DNA from: Camelus ferus
Taxonomy: Eukaryota
Reading direction: 5' to 3'
Assembly (NCBI RefSeq): GCF_009834535.1
Contig: NC_045697.1
Location: 55,492,001 to 55,556,000 of the forward strand
Length of the DNA: 64,000 nucleotides
Below are positions 39,481 to 53,302 of this stretch, piece after piece. The position numbers and the translations under genes were made by a program. Below the pieces are notes generated by a model. That model did no database searches. It was not told the origin of the DNA and was given only the letters and a program-made list of their open reading frames with translations. The first letter of the stretch is position 1. Every line of letters begins with the position of its first letter.

Positions 39481-42400
39481 CTCTTCAGATTTACTGTTGT
39501 ATATACACTAATTTTTCTGTGCATATATAATTCTATAAAATTTTATCCCAGGAGTAGCTTTATGACACTACCACCAGAATCAAGATATGCCACTGTATTA
39601 TCACTTTGACACTCCCAAGCACTACCTCATATAGCTAGAACCAGTCCCTACCCTAAACCCCCTTGTTTTCATTAATTTATTTTTAGATCATTTAAGGTAC
39701 ACAGCATTTCAACTGCAATGTACAGAGAGGTCCCATTTACCCAGTCTCCATACATGTACAACCTCCCCCACTGTCAATATCCCACATCAGAGTGAAATTT
39801 TTGTTACAATTGATGAACCTACATCGACACATCATTGTAACACAAGTCCATAGTTTGCATTAAGGTTCACCCTTGGAGTTGCGTACTCTGTGGGTTTTAA
39901 CAAGTATATAATGACATGGATCCACAATTGTAGTATACAGAGGAGTTTCACTGCCTTAAAATACTTTGTGTCTACCTATTCATACATCCTAGTCCCTGAC
40001 AACCACTAAACCTTTTTTTAGAATATCATATAGTTGAAGTCATACTGTATATAGCCTGTTCAGATTGGCTTCTATCACTTAGTAATATATACTGCTAGTT
40101 TATTCATGTTTATTTTCATAGCTTGATCATTTCTTTTTACTGCTGAATAATATTCCATTGTCTGTATGTACCACAGTGTGTATATATATATATATCATTC
40201 ACTGCCTTGTTTCTAAGCTTCCAAGTTTTATCACTGGTGATTAAAACTGCTGTAAACATCCACGTGCAGACTTTGTGTGTGGACATAAGCTTTTAACTTA
40301 CTTGTGAAAATACCAAGGACAATTATTGCTAAATCACATGATGAGAGTGTATTTAGTTTTGTAGGAAACCACCAAACTGTTTTCCAAGGTGGCTGTACTA
40401 TTTTGCTTTCCCACCAGCAACAGAGAGTTCCTGTGGCTCCATATACTTAACAGCATTTGGTGTTTTCCGTGTTTTGGATTTTGGGTTTTAAAATAGATGT
40501 GTATGATGGTAATGTTTTGACTTGCAATTCCCTAATGACATACCACAATGAACACTTTTCATAGGCTTATTTGTCATCTGTGGATCTTTGATGACACGTC
40601 TGATCAGATCATTTACCCATTTTTTTATTTAAGTTTTTCATTTTCTTATTGTTAAGTTTTAAGATTTCTTTGTATATTTCAGATTAACATTTTTATCATA
40701 TATGTGTTTTACTATTTTTAGACTGCGGCTTATTTTCTCATTGTCTTGATGTTGTCTTTATAGACAAAAGTTTTATAGACAAAGTCACAAAGTCATCTAG
40801 GTTTTCTCCTATGGTATCTTCTATGAGTTTTATAGCTTTGAATTTTTCATTTAGGTCTGTGATCCATTCTGAGTTAATTTTGTGAAGAACATAAGGTTTG
40901 TGCCAAGATTCATATTTTTGCATGTGGATGTCCAATTGTTTCAGCACCATTTGTTGAAAAGAGTATTTTTTCTCCATTATACTACCTCTTCTTTGTCGAA
41001 ATCAGTTGATTATACTTATATGGGTGTATTTTTGTGCTCTGTATTATGTTCCACTGATCTTTTGTCTTTATTTCCACCAGTACCACACTGTCTTGATTAC
41101 TGGAGCCTTACAGTATGTCTTGCTGTTCAGCAGTGTCAGTCATGTGACTTTATTCTACTTCAGTATTGGTTTTTTTGCTCTCCTTGTAAACTTTAGAATC
41201 TGTTCATATCCACCAAATAACTTGCTGAGATTTTGATTGTGAGTGCACTGAATCTGTAGATAAAGATGGGAAAGAGCTGACATCTTGCCAATACTGATCT
41301 TCCTCTGCATGAACATGGAGTATCTTGCCGTTTATTTAGTTCTTTAATTTCACTTATCAAAGTTTTATAGTTTTCCTCATATGGATCAATATATACATAT
41401 ATGTTAGATTTATACCCAAGTATTTCAATTTGGTGGGTGCTAATGTAAATGGAACTGGTTTTGATTTCAAAGTCCACTTGTTCATCATTGGTACACAGAA
41501 AAGTGATTGACTTTTGCTAGCCTTCTATCCTGAAAACTTGCTATAATTACTTACTAGTTTCAGCAGAGGTTTTTGTTTTTTTTTTTTTCCTGGTCTGTTA
41601 TTTTGGACTTTCTATGCAGACAATCATGTGATCTGAAAACAAAAAAATTTACCTTATTAATAGGTATACTTTATTTCTTTTTTTGGCTTATCGTATTAGC
41701 TACGACTTCTAGTACAATGTTGTAAAACAGTATGAGAGTTACATCTTGCTTATTTGTGATTTTACTGTAAAAGCTTCACATTTTTAACTCAAGTATAATA
41801 TTAACTGTACATTTTTGTAGATATTCTTTATCAACTTGACATTGTTCCTCTTTATTCCTAGTTTGCTGAGAGTTTTTAATCACAAATGGGTGTTAGGTTT
41901 TACCAAATAATTTTTCTACATTTTTGATATAATCATGAGACTCCTCTTCTGTATCCTGTTGATACTATGATTTATATTAATTGATTTTCAAGTGTTGAAC
42001 TAGCCTTGAATTTCTGAGATAAATCCCATTTGGTTGTGGTGTAAAATTCTTTTTATACCTTGTTGAATTCAATTTGTTAATATTTTGTTGAGGATATTTA
42101 AGTTCATGAGAGATATGGTCTGGAGTTTTCATCTAATACCTTTGTCATTTTTTGGTATTAAGGTAGTGCTAACTTCATACAGTGAGTTAGAAAGTATTGT
42201 CTATTCAAATTGTCTGTTTCTTCTTATGTGAGTTTTGGCAGCTTGTGGCTTTCAAGCAATTGGTCCATTTCATCTAGGTTAAAAATTTGTGAGCATAGAG
42301 TCATTTATAATATTCATATATTATCATTTTAATGTGCATGGGATTTATTGTGATGTCTCCCCTATATAGTAATAGTGAGGATGATTTATATCTTTTATCT

Positions 42401-42992
42401 TTTTTCTTAGTTTTTCTGGTTAGAGTCTTATTGATTGGGTTTTTTCCAAAGAAAAAGCTTTTGATTTCATTGATGTTCTTTATGGATTTCCTGTTTTTAA
42501 TTTCATTGATTTATGTTCTAATGTTTGTTACGACTTTTCTTCTGCTTACTTTAGATTTAACTTCTTATTTTTCTAGTTTCCTTAGAAGCTTAGATTCAAT
42601 GCTGTAATTTCCCTTTAAGCACTGTTTTATCTGCATTCCACAAATTTGTTAAGTTGTGTGTTTTCATTTAGTTCAAAACATTTTGAAATTTCTCTTGAGA
42701 TCTCCTTTGACCTATGTTTCACTTAGAAGTGCACTGTTTAATCTCAACACATTTTGTGATTCCCTGGCTATCTTTCTGTTACTGATTTCTAGTTTAATTC
42801 CACTGTGGTCTAAGAGTGGACCCTGTACGATTTCTATTTTAAAAAAATTTGTTAAGATGTGTTTTATGGCCCAGAATGTGGTCTATCTTAGGTGAATGCT
42901 TTATGTAGGCTTGAGAAAAATGTGAATTCTGCTGATGTGGAATGAAGTAGTTGACAGATGCCAATTACTTCCAGGTGATTAATCTCATTATT

Positions 42993-43536
42993 ATTTTTTA
43001 AAACATTTTTTATTGATTTATACTCATTTTACAATGTTATGTCAAATTCCAGTGTTCAGCACAATTTTTCAGTTATACATGAACATATATATATTCATTG
43101 TCACATTTTTTTCTCTGTGAGCTACCATAAGATTTTGTGTATATTTCCCTGTGCTATACAGTATAATCTTATTTATCTATTCTACAATTTTGAAATCCCG
43201 TCTATCCCTTCCCATCCTCCGCCCCCTTGGCAACCACAAGTTTGTATTCTATGTCTATGAGTCTGTTTCTGTTTTGTATTTATGTTTTTTTTTGTTTGTT
43301 TGTTTGTTTGCTTTAAGATTCCACATATAAGCGATCTTATATGGTATTTTTCTTTCTCTTTCTGGCTTACTTCACTTAGGATGACATTCTCCAGGAGCAT
43401 CCATGTTGTTGCAGATGGCGTTATGTTGTCGGTTTTTATGGCTGAGTAGTATTCCATTGTATAAATATACCACATCTTCTTTATCCAGTCACCTTTTGAT
43501 GGACATTTAGGCTGTTTCCATGTTTTGGCTATTGTA
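42993..43536 (-). mobile_element. Young heavily truncated L1 3' end with 12-bp TSD
   Basis: Reverse complement of the young L1 tail. ORF 43182-43544 ([13 protein letters not shown]...LICGI). TSD aatctcattatt at 42981-42992 and 43537-43548. Confidence 0.96.
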
Positions 43537-44092
43537 AATCTCATTATTGATACATGTCAGTTGGATCTTCCCATTTTGATAGAGAGTTCTTAAAGTTCCA
43601 ACTATAAAGTGGGTTTATCTATTTCTCTTTGCTTTTCTATCAGTTTTGCCTAACATATTTATATTCTGTTATTAGCACATACACATGAAGAATAACTGTC
43701 TTCTTGATGTACCGATTTCCTTATCATTTAATGTAATATCTCTCTTTATATCTAATAATCATTTTCCTTTCTGTGAGGTCTGCTCTATCTGAAATTAATA
43801 TAGCTACTCACACATGCTCTTAACTAGTGTTACCATGTCATATCTTTATCCTTTTATTTTTAATCTTTGTCTTTATATTAAAGTGTTCTTGCAGACAATT
43901 TGTAATTGATCCATGTTTTTTGATCCACTTTCACAATCTCTATCTTTTAATTGATGTATTTAGAGAGTTAACATTTAAGGTGATTAATAATATAGTTGGA
44001 TTATAATCTACTGTATTTGTTACCGTTTTCTATTTGTTGCCTTTTGTCTTTGTCCCTATTTTTGTCTTTCATACTTTTTCTGCCTTTTGGAT

Positions 44093-47000
44093 TTTTTAAA
44101 TAATTAATTGACTCAAAGTAGTTTTTACTTTAATATGTTTTAGTTATGCAGCATTATAGTTCAACATCTGTATACACTGCAGAGTGATTACCACAACTCA
44201 TTACTATTCATCTTACCTTTCTGATAATCCATTATTAGTGTATAGAATTGACACAGATTTCTGTATATTGAGTTTGTATCCTGCAACTTTACTGTATTTA
44301 TTAGTTACAAACTTTTTTGTGGCATCTTTAGAATTCTATCTATCTACCTATCTATATGTTATTTCACCTGCAAATAGTAATAGTTTTATTTCTTTTCAGA
44401 TTTGGATGCCTTCTTTTATTCTTGCCTAACTGCTCTGGCTGAAATTTCCAATACTATGTTGTGGCAAGAATGGGCATACTTTTCTTGTTCCTGATCTTAG
44501 AGGAAAAGCTTTCAGGTTTTTTGTCACTGAGATGTTAGCTGTGCATTTGACATATACGGCCTTTAATATATTGGGGTACGTTCTCTATACCCATTTTGTT
44601 GAGAGTTTCCAACAAGATAGGATATTGAATTCTGCTGAATGCTTTTCTGCATTGCTTGGGATGATCATGTGATTTTTATCCTTCAATTTTTTTATGGAAT
44701 GAACCACAGTTGATTTGCAGATGTTGAAACATCCTTGCATCCCTGGAATGAATCCCACTTGATCTTCGTGTATAATCTTTTAAATGTATTATTGGATTTG
44801 GTTTGCTGATATTTTGTTGAGAATTTTGGGATCTATGTTCATCAATGATACTTATCTGTAATTGTCTTTTTTAAGGTGTCATTGTCTGGTTCTGCTGTTA
44901 GGGTAATGCTGTCTTCATAAAATGTGTTTGGAATATTTCCCTCCACTTTAATTGTTTGAAAGAATTGGAGAAGGATAGGTATTAAATCTTTGTATGTTTT
45001 GTGGACTTAACCTGTGAAACTGTCTTGTCCTAGGCTTTTGTTTGTTGGAAGGTTATTGATTCCTGATTCAATTGGTCTATTCAAATTTTCTATTTCTTTA
45101 AGTTTCAGTCTTGGAACATTTCTTCTAGGTTGTCTGATTTGTTAGCATATAATTGTTGATAGTGTTTTTTTTAATGATCCTTTGTATTTCTGTGATAGCA
45201 GTTTTTAAATCCCCATTTTCATTTCTGATTTTATTTAAGCCTTTTTTTCTTGGATAAGCTACCTAATGATGTTACAATTTTTATTTCTACCACAAACCAA
45301 CTCAGTTTCATTGATCTTTTCCTATATTTTTTAAAGTCTCTATTTATTTCTGCTCTATTGTATATTATTTCTTTCCTTCTACTAATTTTGGGCTTCATTT
45401 GCTTTTATTTCTCTAGTTACTTTAGGTATAAAGTTAGATTGCTTATTTGACATTTTTTTCTGTTCCTAGAGGTAACCTGCATTGCTATGAACTTTCCTTT
45501 CAGAATCACTTTTGCTGCCTCCCACTGATTTTGATATGTTGTATACCTGGTGTCATTTATCTCTGGGCATTTTTTTCTCTCTTCTTTGATTTTTTTGATG
45601 AACCATTGGTTATTCGATAGCATGTTTTCTAATCTCCATGTTTTTGTGGTTTTGCACATTTTTTTTTCTTGTAACTGATTCTTAGTTTTGTACCATTGTG
45701 CTTGAGGAGGATGCCTGATATGATTTCAATCTTCTTGAATTTATTGAGACTTGTGACCTAACATGTAATCTCTCCTGGGGTGTGTTCTATGTGCCCTTCA
45801 GAATAATGTGTGTTCTGTTGCTTTTGAATAGAATGATCTCTTTCTTTATATATATATATATTTAGTTCTATATATGTCTATTTAGTTCATCTTGTCTAAT
45901 GTGTTATAAAGTTAGATGTTTTCTTACTGATTTTGTGTCTGATGATCTATCCATTGACATAAGTGGGGTGTTAAATTTCCCTACTATCATTGTACGCCTT
46001 CAATTTCTCCTTTTAATTCTGTATGCTTTATATATATTGGTACCACTATGTTGGGTGCATATACATTTATAAATGTTTTATAGTCTTGGTGAATTAACCC
46101 CTTTATCGTTATATAATGCTCTTCCTTTGTCTTGCATTAATTTTTACTTTAAAGCCCATTTTGCCTGATATGAGTATAATTAATCCAGCTTTATTTTTAT
46201 TTCCATTTTCATGAAACATCTTTTTCTATCCCTTTACCTTCAGTCTCTGTGTGCCTTTATTTCTGAAGTGAGTCTCTTTTGAGTCTTGGTGGGTTTTTTG
46301 GTTTGTTTGTTTTGTTTTGTTTGTTTTTAAATCTAGCCACTCTGTCTTTTGGCTGGTGAAGTTAGTCTAATTACATTTAAAGTAATTATTGATAAATATG
46401 TAATTATTGCCATTTTGTTAATTGTTTTCTGTTATATTTTGGTTGATTCTGTTTTTCTTTCTTCCCTTGCATTTTCATAGTTTTCTTTAGTGCTTAGATT
46501 TTCTCATTTTGTGTACTATGTTTTGTTCTTGCAGTTTTTGTGAGGTTCACATATAATATCCTAGGTAAATAGCAGTCTGTATTAAGTAGGTAGTAACTTA
46601 AATTTGAACACATTCCAAAGATTTATCTTTTTATACCTGCCCTCATATTTGATACTTTGGATGACACATTTTATAGATTTTTATTTTATATATCCCTTAA
46701 CCAGTTATTGTAATTTTAGTTAATTTTACTTCTTTTGACTTCTAATCTTCATTCTTGCCTTATAAGAGGTTGATCCACTACCTTTACTATGTACTTACTT
46801 TTTTCCAGTAAGAATTTTATTTTTATATATTTTCTTATTATTAATTAGTGCCATTTCTTTTCAGTTAAGTCCCTTTAACATTTCTTTTAGGGCCAGTTTA
46901 GTGGTAGTAATCTCTCTTCTCTTTTGCTTATCTGGGAAACTCTTTAATTATGAATGATAACCTTGCTGAGTAGAGAATTCTTGGTTGAATTTTTTTCCTT

Positions 47001-48744
47001 TCAGCACTTGGAATATGTCTTGCTACTCCCTTCTGCCCTGTAGAGTTTCTGCTGAAAAATACACTAACCTTATTGGGTTTTCCATATATGGACCAAGTTG
47101 TTTTTCTCTTGCTGTTTTTAGGATTCTCTGTTCTAAAAGTTTGCCCTTTGGGTTTATCTTATTCAGAATTTTCTGGGCTCCCTGGACCTGGATATCTGTT
47201 TTCTTTCACAGATTATGGAAGTTTTTAGCTGCTATTTCTTCAAGTAATTTTTCTGACCCTTTTCCTTTCTCTTCTCCTTCTGAGACTTATGTTGCACAAA
47301 TATTTTCCACTTGATGTTGTCTCAAAGGTCACTTAAAGTATCTTCACTTTGGTTAATACTTTCTTCATCTTTCTCTTCTGTCTGGCTGAATTCCATGCTT
47401 TTTCTTCTAGCTTGCTGATTTGTTCTTCCACGTCATCCAAAATGCTTTTGAACCACTCTAGTGTATTTTTAAGTTCGTTTATAACTTCTGTTTTATATTT
47501 TCTTAGATTTTCTATCTCTTTAAGTTCACTGTGTCTGTCCATCTTTATAATCATTATTTTGAACTTTTTCTCAATTAGACTGCTTATGTCTGTTTCATTT
47601 AGCTCTTTTTCTTAGGTTTTGTCTTTTTTTTTTTCTTTAACCAACTGGAACATATTCCTTTGTGTTCTCATCTTGCCTAATATTCTGTGTTTGTTTATAT
47701 GTTTTACGTAAATCAGCTACCTTACTAAGTCTTAAAGGACTGACCTGATGTAGGAGATGTTCTGTGGGGCTCAGAAGTACATTATGCCTGGTCACCAGAG
47801 CCAGGCACTCCATGGGTATCCTCTCCGGGGGCTTCATACACATTCTTGTTGTAATGTGGCCATGAGTGCTGCTGTGGCATCCTGGTGGGCAGGGCTGACC
47901 AAATGGCTGCAGGACCTGGCTGCCTCCGCTGCTTGGTTCTGGTGTTTAGGGCTGGCCCCTGGAATGGCTGGGAGGCCCAGACACCAGAAGCTATAAGGCA
48001 TGGTTGGTGGGGTCATCACATGGTCTGTGAGGTCCAGCAAAAGTACAGGCATTGTGTGGACCTCTTGGTGAGGCAGTCCCACTGGTATTAACAAGTTAGA
48101 TGGAGATCTCCAAAATGGCTCCTGCCAGTACTGGCTTTAGCAATGCAGACTGAGATTGAAAAAAATGGCTCTCATCAGTGTCTCAGTTCCGAGGGAGCAT
48201 CCCAACTTGTTCCTGCCTCTCTGGTAAATACTTCAAGATTGGTACGTGGGTCTCCTTCAGCTATGGCCCATGCACTTTTCAAACTGATGTTTTTGCAATT
48301 TTAGGGATGAAAGTAAGCTTGCATATGAGCCCTTTAAGAGTAGGTTTTCCATTCCCTGTAGTTCTATAGGTTTCTAGATATATTCCCATTGCTTTTCAAA
48401 GCAGATGTTTTAAGGGCTTATCTTTCCTGTGCAGGATCTAAGGTTTGGGATGCCTGATATGAAGATCAAATTCCTTACTCCTCATGAAAAATAACCATAC
48501 CTTTGTGAGCCTTCCCAACTGTGGATCACCGTAACTGGGATGTGGCTTGTTCCTTGTGAGACCGTGTTTTTGTTCCTGCTACCCCTCTTGATGCTGTCCT
48601 TTTGCCCTATGTTACAGAGACTCTGTTCATCCAGTCTCAGGTTCCTTGCAGAGGGAATTATTCCATAGGTAGTTAAAGATTTGTTGTACGTGTGGAAGGA
48701 GGTGAGCTCAGGATCTTTCTAAGCTACCATCTTCAGTCATCTCC
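44093..48744 (-). mobile_element. L1 retaining its 5' UTR, with an internal 3' deletion, nested in an older L1
   Basis: Tail at 44093-44210. ORF2 antisense at 44215-46300. ORF1 coiled-coil remnant (ORF 47333-47554, INELKNTLEWFKSILDDVEEQISKLEEK). GC-richer 5' UTR at 47700-48744, ending 'ggaggtgagctcaggatctttctaagctaccatctt'. Confidence 0.85.
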
Positions 48745-51133
48745 TCTGTCATTTCTGGTCTTAATTTATCCTTTTATATAATTTCACTTTTTCTTCTTTC
48801 TTAATGTATCAATTACACTTTTTGCCTTTTTAGTTTCTTTGGCGTTTGCAATATACATTTATAGCTAATCTAAGTCTACTTTCAAATAACACTATAACCC
48901 TTCACGGATAGTGCAAGTACCTAGTGCCACTGCTGTCATACATTTCACTTATACACAAACATTTAGATATTATGTGTTTCTGCATTTATACATAAACATT
49001 TATGATGCATATTATATATAGATAAGCATACAAAATTTGCTATCATTTTGAAACAGTTATCTATTAGATCAGTTAGGATTAAGAAAAATAAAAGTTTAAT
49101 TTACCTTCACTTTTTATTTTCCTGATGTTCTTCCTTTATTTAAATCTGAGTTTTTGACCTATATCATCACCTTTTTCTGATAAACTTCCTTTGACATCTC
49201 TTGCAAAATAGGAACTAAGAACAAATTCTCAATTTTTGTCTGAGAAAGTCTATTTCTCCTTCACTTTGGAAGGGTAATTTTATATAATTCAGAATTTTAG
49301 GTTGATGGTTTTGTTCTGTTAACACTAAATATTTCACTCTACTGTCTTCTTGGTAGCACTGTTCCTGCGAAGTCATATTATTCCTATTCTTCTCTTCCCC
49401 GCCTCGTTGGTAACATGTTTTCCCCTCTGGATCCTTTCACAATTTTTTCTTTATCTTTGATTTTCTGAAGTTTATGCCTTCAGGAAGAGGTTTTTTTTTT
49501 TGTGGCTTTCATTTTTCTTTTTTTGCATTTATCTTCCTTAGTGTTCTCTGAGCTTGCTGGATCTGTGGTTTGGGGTCTGACATTAATTTGTGGGAAACAC
49601 TCAGTTGTGGTCACTTCAAATATTGTGTGTGTGCCTTTCCCTCTTTTCCTTCTGGTGTTCCTGTTATGCATACTTTATACCATTTGTAGTTAACCTACTG
49701 TCCTTGGATATTCTAGTTGGTGTTTTTTACAGTCTTTTTTTTTTTTTTTTGGATTTGCTTTTAAGTTTTGGAAGTTTCTGTTGTCTTATCCTCAAGTTCA
49801 GAGATTCTTTCCTCATTCATGTCCAGTCTACTTATGAGTTCATAAAGCCATTTTCATTTGTTACAGTATATTTATCTTCTAACATTTCCTTTTGAGTCTT
49901 TCTTTAAATTTTTATCTTTCTGCCTAATGTATCCATGTTTTTGTACATGTTGTATAAACTTTTGCCAAAGCCTTTAGCATATCAATAGCAGTTTAAAAAA
50001 TTCCTGGTCATAATTTCCACATTCCTGACATTTTTGATTCTGGTTCTGATGCTTATTGAGTCCTATCAAATTGTGTTTTTGGCAGTAAGTATGACTTGCA
50101 ATTTTTTTTTTTCTTTCTTGAAAGGTCAACACAATATACTGGGTAAAAGAAACTGCAATAAACAGTTGTAAGGTGTGGGAAAAAGAAAGTGCTTGATAGT
50201 CTTGTGATTAGGGCTCAGCCTTTTGGGGAGTCTGTACTCCTTGCCTGTGAACTTTACTAATGCTTCTCGATTTTCACCCCCTTAGATGGTTCAGGATTCC
50301 TGGAAAGATATAGAGCTGTGTATTTTGCTTCTCCCATACAAAAAACAAGAGATAGCTGGAGTTGGCTATTTCCCTTCCCTCAAGTTGGGTTATGATATAA
50401 CCACAGCAGGTTAGGCTCAGTAAAATAGTTTCTCCCGAGGGCAGGGCTTGTTAGGAACAGAATGCTCTGGCATATTTCAAGGTGGTTCCTTTCCCCCTCC
50501 CACTACCAAAAGCACAAGGGAATTTTTCTTCAGTATTCACTGTGAGGACCTGATGAAGTTTCTGGAGGTAAAACTAGCAAATCTGAAGGCTCCCCTAAGA
50601 CTGGGTCATTTTAGAGTTTTTATCTCTCAGGACTGTACACTGAGTCTCCAGCAATTCATCACATTTCAGGTTTTCCTACCCTGACACTGGTTCCCATGGA
50701 CATTTCTTCTGGTGGGTTTCTGCTCCAGTAAATGTGCTTTTTTGTATCTGATTATTTCTTCAATTATGGGAGCAGCAGTCTTCCCTATGACCTTGCTTCT
50801 CTGACAGATTAAAGAAGACCTGTTGTTATTTAAGCTTGTTCAGCTTTACTTTATATTTTTTAAATGTTTTTTTCTTTTCCTATGTGAATTGAAACAACTG
50901 CATAAAGCAAAAATTTATTGTCTTTTTGAGGTTATACTATATACAGATGAAGTGGCAACAATAGCACAAAGAAAGGGGAAGGTAATAAAGCTATTCTGCA
51001 ACAAAATTTCTTTGTACCATTAAAATTAAGTCAGTTTAAGTGTGAACTTTATTGTTTTAGGGTGCGATACCAATTGTAATCCCCAGATCAGCCTAAGCAA
51101 ATAACTCAAAATGCATAATAAAAGGAAAAAGTG

Positions 51134-53302
51134 AAATCTGGGACGAGACAAGGCTGCCCACTATCACCACTTCTATTCAACATAGTCCTGGAAGTCCTAA
51201 CCATAGCAATCAGGCAAGAGAGAGAAATAAAAGGGATCCAAATTGGAAAAGAAGAGGTAAAAGTGTCACTGTATGCCGACAACATGTTACTATATATATA
51301 GAAAACCCTAAAAGGTCCACACAAAAACTACTAAAGCTGATTGAAGAATTCAGCAAGGTAGCAGGTTACAAGATTAACATTCAAAAATCAGTTGCATTTC
51401 TTTACACTAACGATGAATCAACAGAAAAAGAAAGTAAAGAAACAATCCCCTTTAAAATAGCACCCAAAGTAATAAAATACCTAGGAATAAATCTAACCAA
51501 GGAGGTGAAAGGATTATACACAGAAAACTATAAACCATTGATGAAGGAAAATTAAAGAAGACTTTAAAAAATGGAAAGATATCCCATGTTCCTGGATTGG
51601 AAGAATCAATATTGTTAAAATGGTCACACTGCCCAAGGCAATCTACAGATTTAATGCAATCCCTATCCAATTACCCAGGACATATTTCACGGAACTAGAA
51701 CAAATCATAATAAAATTAATATGGAACCATCAAAGACCTAGAATTGCCAAAGCATTACTGAAGAGAAAGAAAGAGGCTGGAGGAATAACTCTCCCAGACT
51801 TCAAACAATACTATAGAGCTACAGTCATCAAGACAGCATGGTACTGGTACAAAAACAGACATATAGGCCAATGGAACAAAACAGAGAGCCCAGAAATGAA
51901 CCCACAAACTTTTGGTCAACTAATCTTCGACAAAGGAGGCAAGAATATACAATGGAATAAAGACAGTCTCTTCAGCAAATGGTGTTGGGAAAACTGGACA
52001 GCAGCATGTAAAGCAGTGAAGCTAGAACACTCCCTTACACTATACACAAAAATCAACTCAAAATGGATCAAAGACTTAAATATAAGACAAGTACAATAAA
52101 CATCCTAGAAGAAAATATAGGCAAAACATTATGTGACATACATCTCAAAAATATTCTCCTAGAACAGTCTACTCAAGCAATAGAAATAAAAGCAAGAATA
52201 AACTAATGGGACCTAATGAAACTTACAAGCTTCTGCACAGCAAAGGAAACCAGAAGTAAAACAAGAAGAAAACCTACGGAATGGGAGAAAATTTTTGCAA
52301 ATGAAACCGACAAAGGCTTGATCTCCAGAATATATAAGCAGCTCATATGACTTAATAAGGAACAACCAAGCAACCCAATCCAAAAATGGGCAGAAGACCT
52401 AAACAAGCAATTCTCCAAGGAAGACATACAAATGATCAATAGGCACATGAAAAAATGCTCAATATCACTAATTATCAGAGAAATGCAAATCAAAACTACA
52501 ATGAGGTATCACCTCACACCAGTCAGAATTGCCGTCATTCAAAAATCCACAAATGACAAATGCTGGAGAGGCTGTGGAGAAAGGGGAACCCTCCTTCACT
52601 GCTGGTGGGAATGCAGTTTGGTGCACCCACTGTGGAAAACAGTATGGAGATTCCTCAAAAGACTAGGAATAGACTTACTGTATGACCCAGGAATCCCTCT
52701 CCTGGGCATATATCCAGAAGGAACCCTACTTCAGGATGACACCTGCATCCCAATGTTCATAGCAGCACTATTTACAATAGCCAAGACATGGAGACAGCCT
52801 AAATGTCCATCAACAGATGACTGGATAAAGAAGAAGTGGTATATTTATACAATGGAATACTACTCAGCCATAAAAACTGATAACATAACGCAATTTGCAG
52901 CAACAAGAATGCTCCTGGAGAATGTTATTCTAAGTGAAGTAAGCCAGAAAGAGAAAGAAAAATACCATATGAGATCGCTCATATGTGGAATCTAACAAAA
53001 ACAAAAACAAAAACAAAGCATAAATACAAAACAGAAACAGACTCATAGACACAGAATACAAACTTGTGGTTGTCAAGGGGGCGGGGTAGGAAGGGATAAA
53101 TAGGATTTCAAAATTGTAGAATAGATAAACAAGATTATACTGTATAGCACAGGGAAATATACACAAGATCTTATGGTAGTTCACAGAGAAAAAAATGTGA
53201 CAATGAATATATGTATGTTCATGTATGACTGAAAAACTGTGCTCTACACTGGAATTTGACACAACATTGTAAAATGATTATAAATCAATAAAAAATATTA
53301 AA
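51134..53302 (+). mobile_element. Young 5'-truncated L1 (RT core to A-tail) nested in an old L1
   Basis: Closely similar to 14717-16864. ORFs 51620-52099 and 52432-52995. Probable TSD aaaaggaaa at 51120-51128 and 53303-53311. RT motif reads YADN. Confidence 0.96.

Larger units (their letters stand above)
39670..50860 (-). mobile_element. Near full-length old L1 (L1MC/MD-like), antisense, hosting two nested L1 insertions
   Basis: 3' UTR at 39670-40100 ('gttacaattgatgaacctacatcgacacatcatt'). Antisense ORF2 remnants (e.g. ORF 41193-41477) continue to about 44090. The element resumes at about 48745 with ORF1/5'-like sequence to about 50860. Confidence 0.82.

Noticed and set aside
47637..48369. 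Cluster of GC-richer overlapping ORFs suggesting a gene
   Set aside because: It lies in an L1 5' UTR. Higher GC lowers stop frequency and there is no recognisable protein motif.
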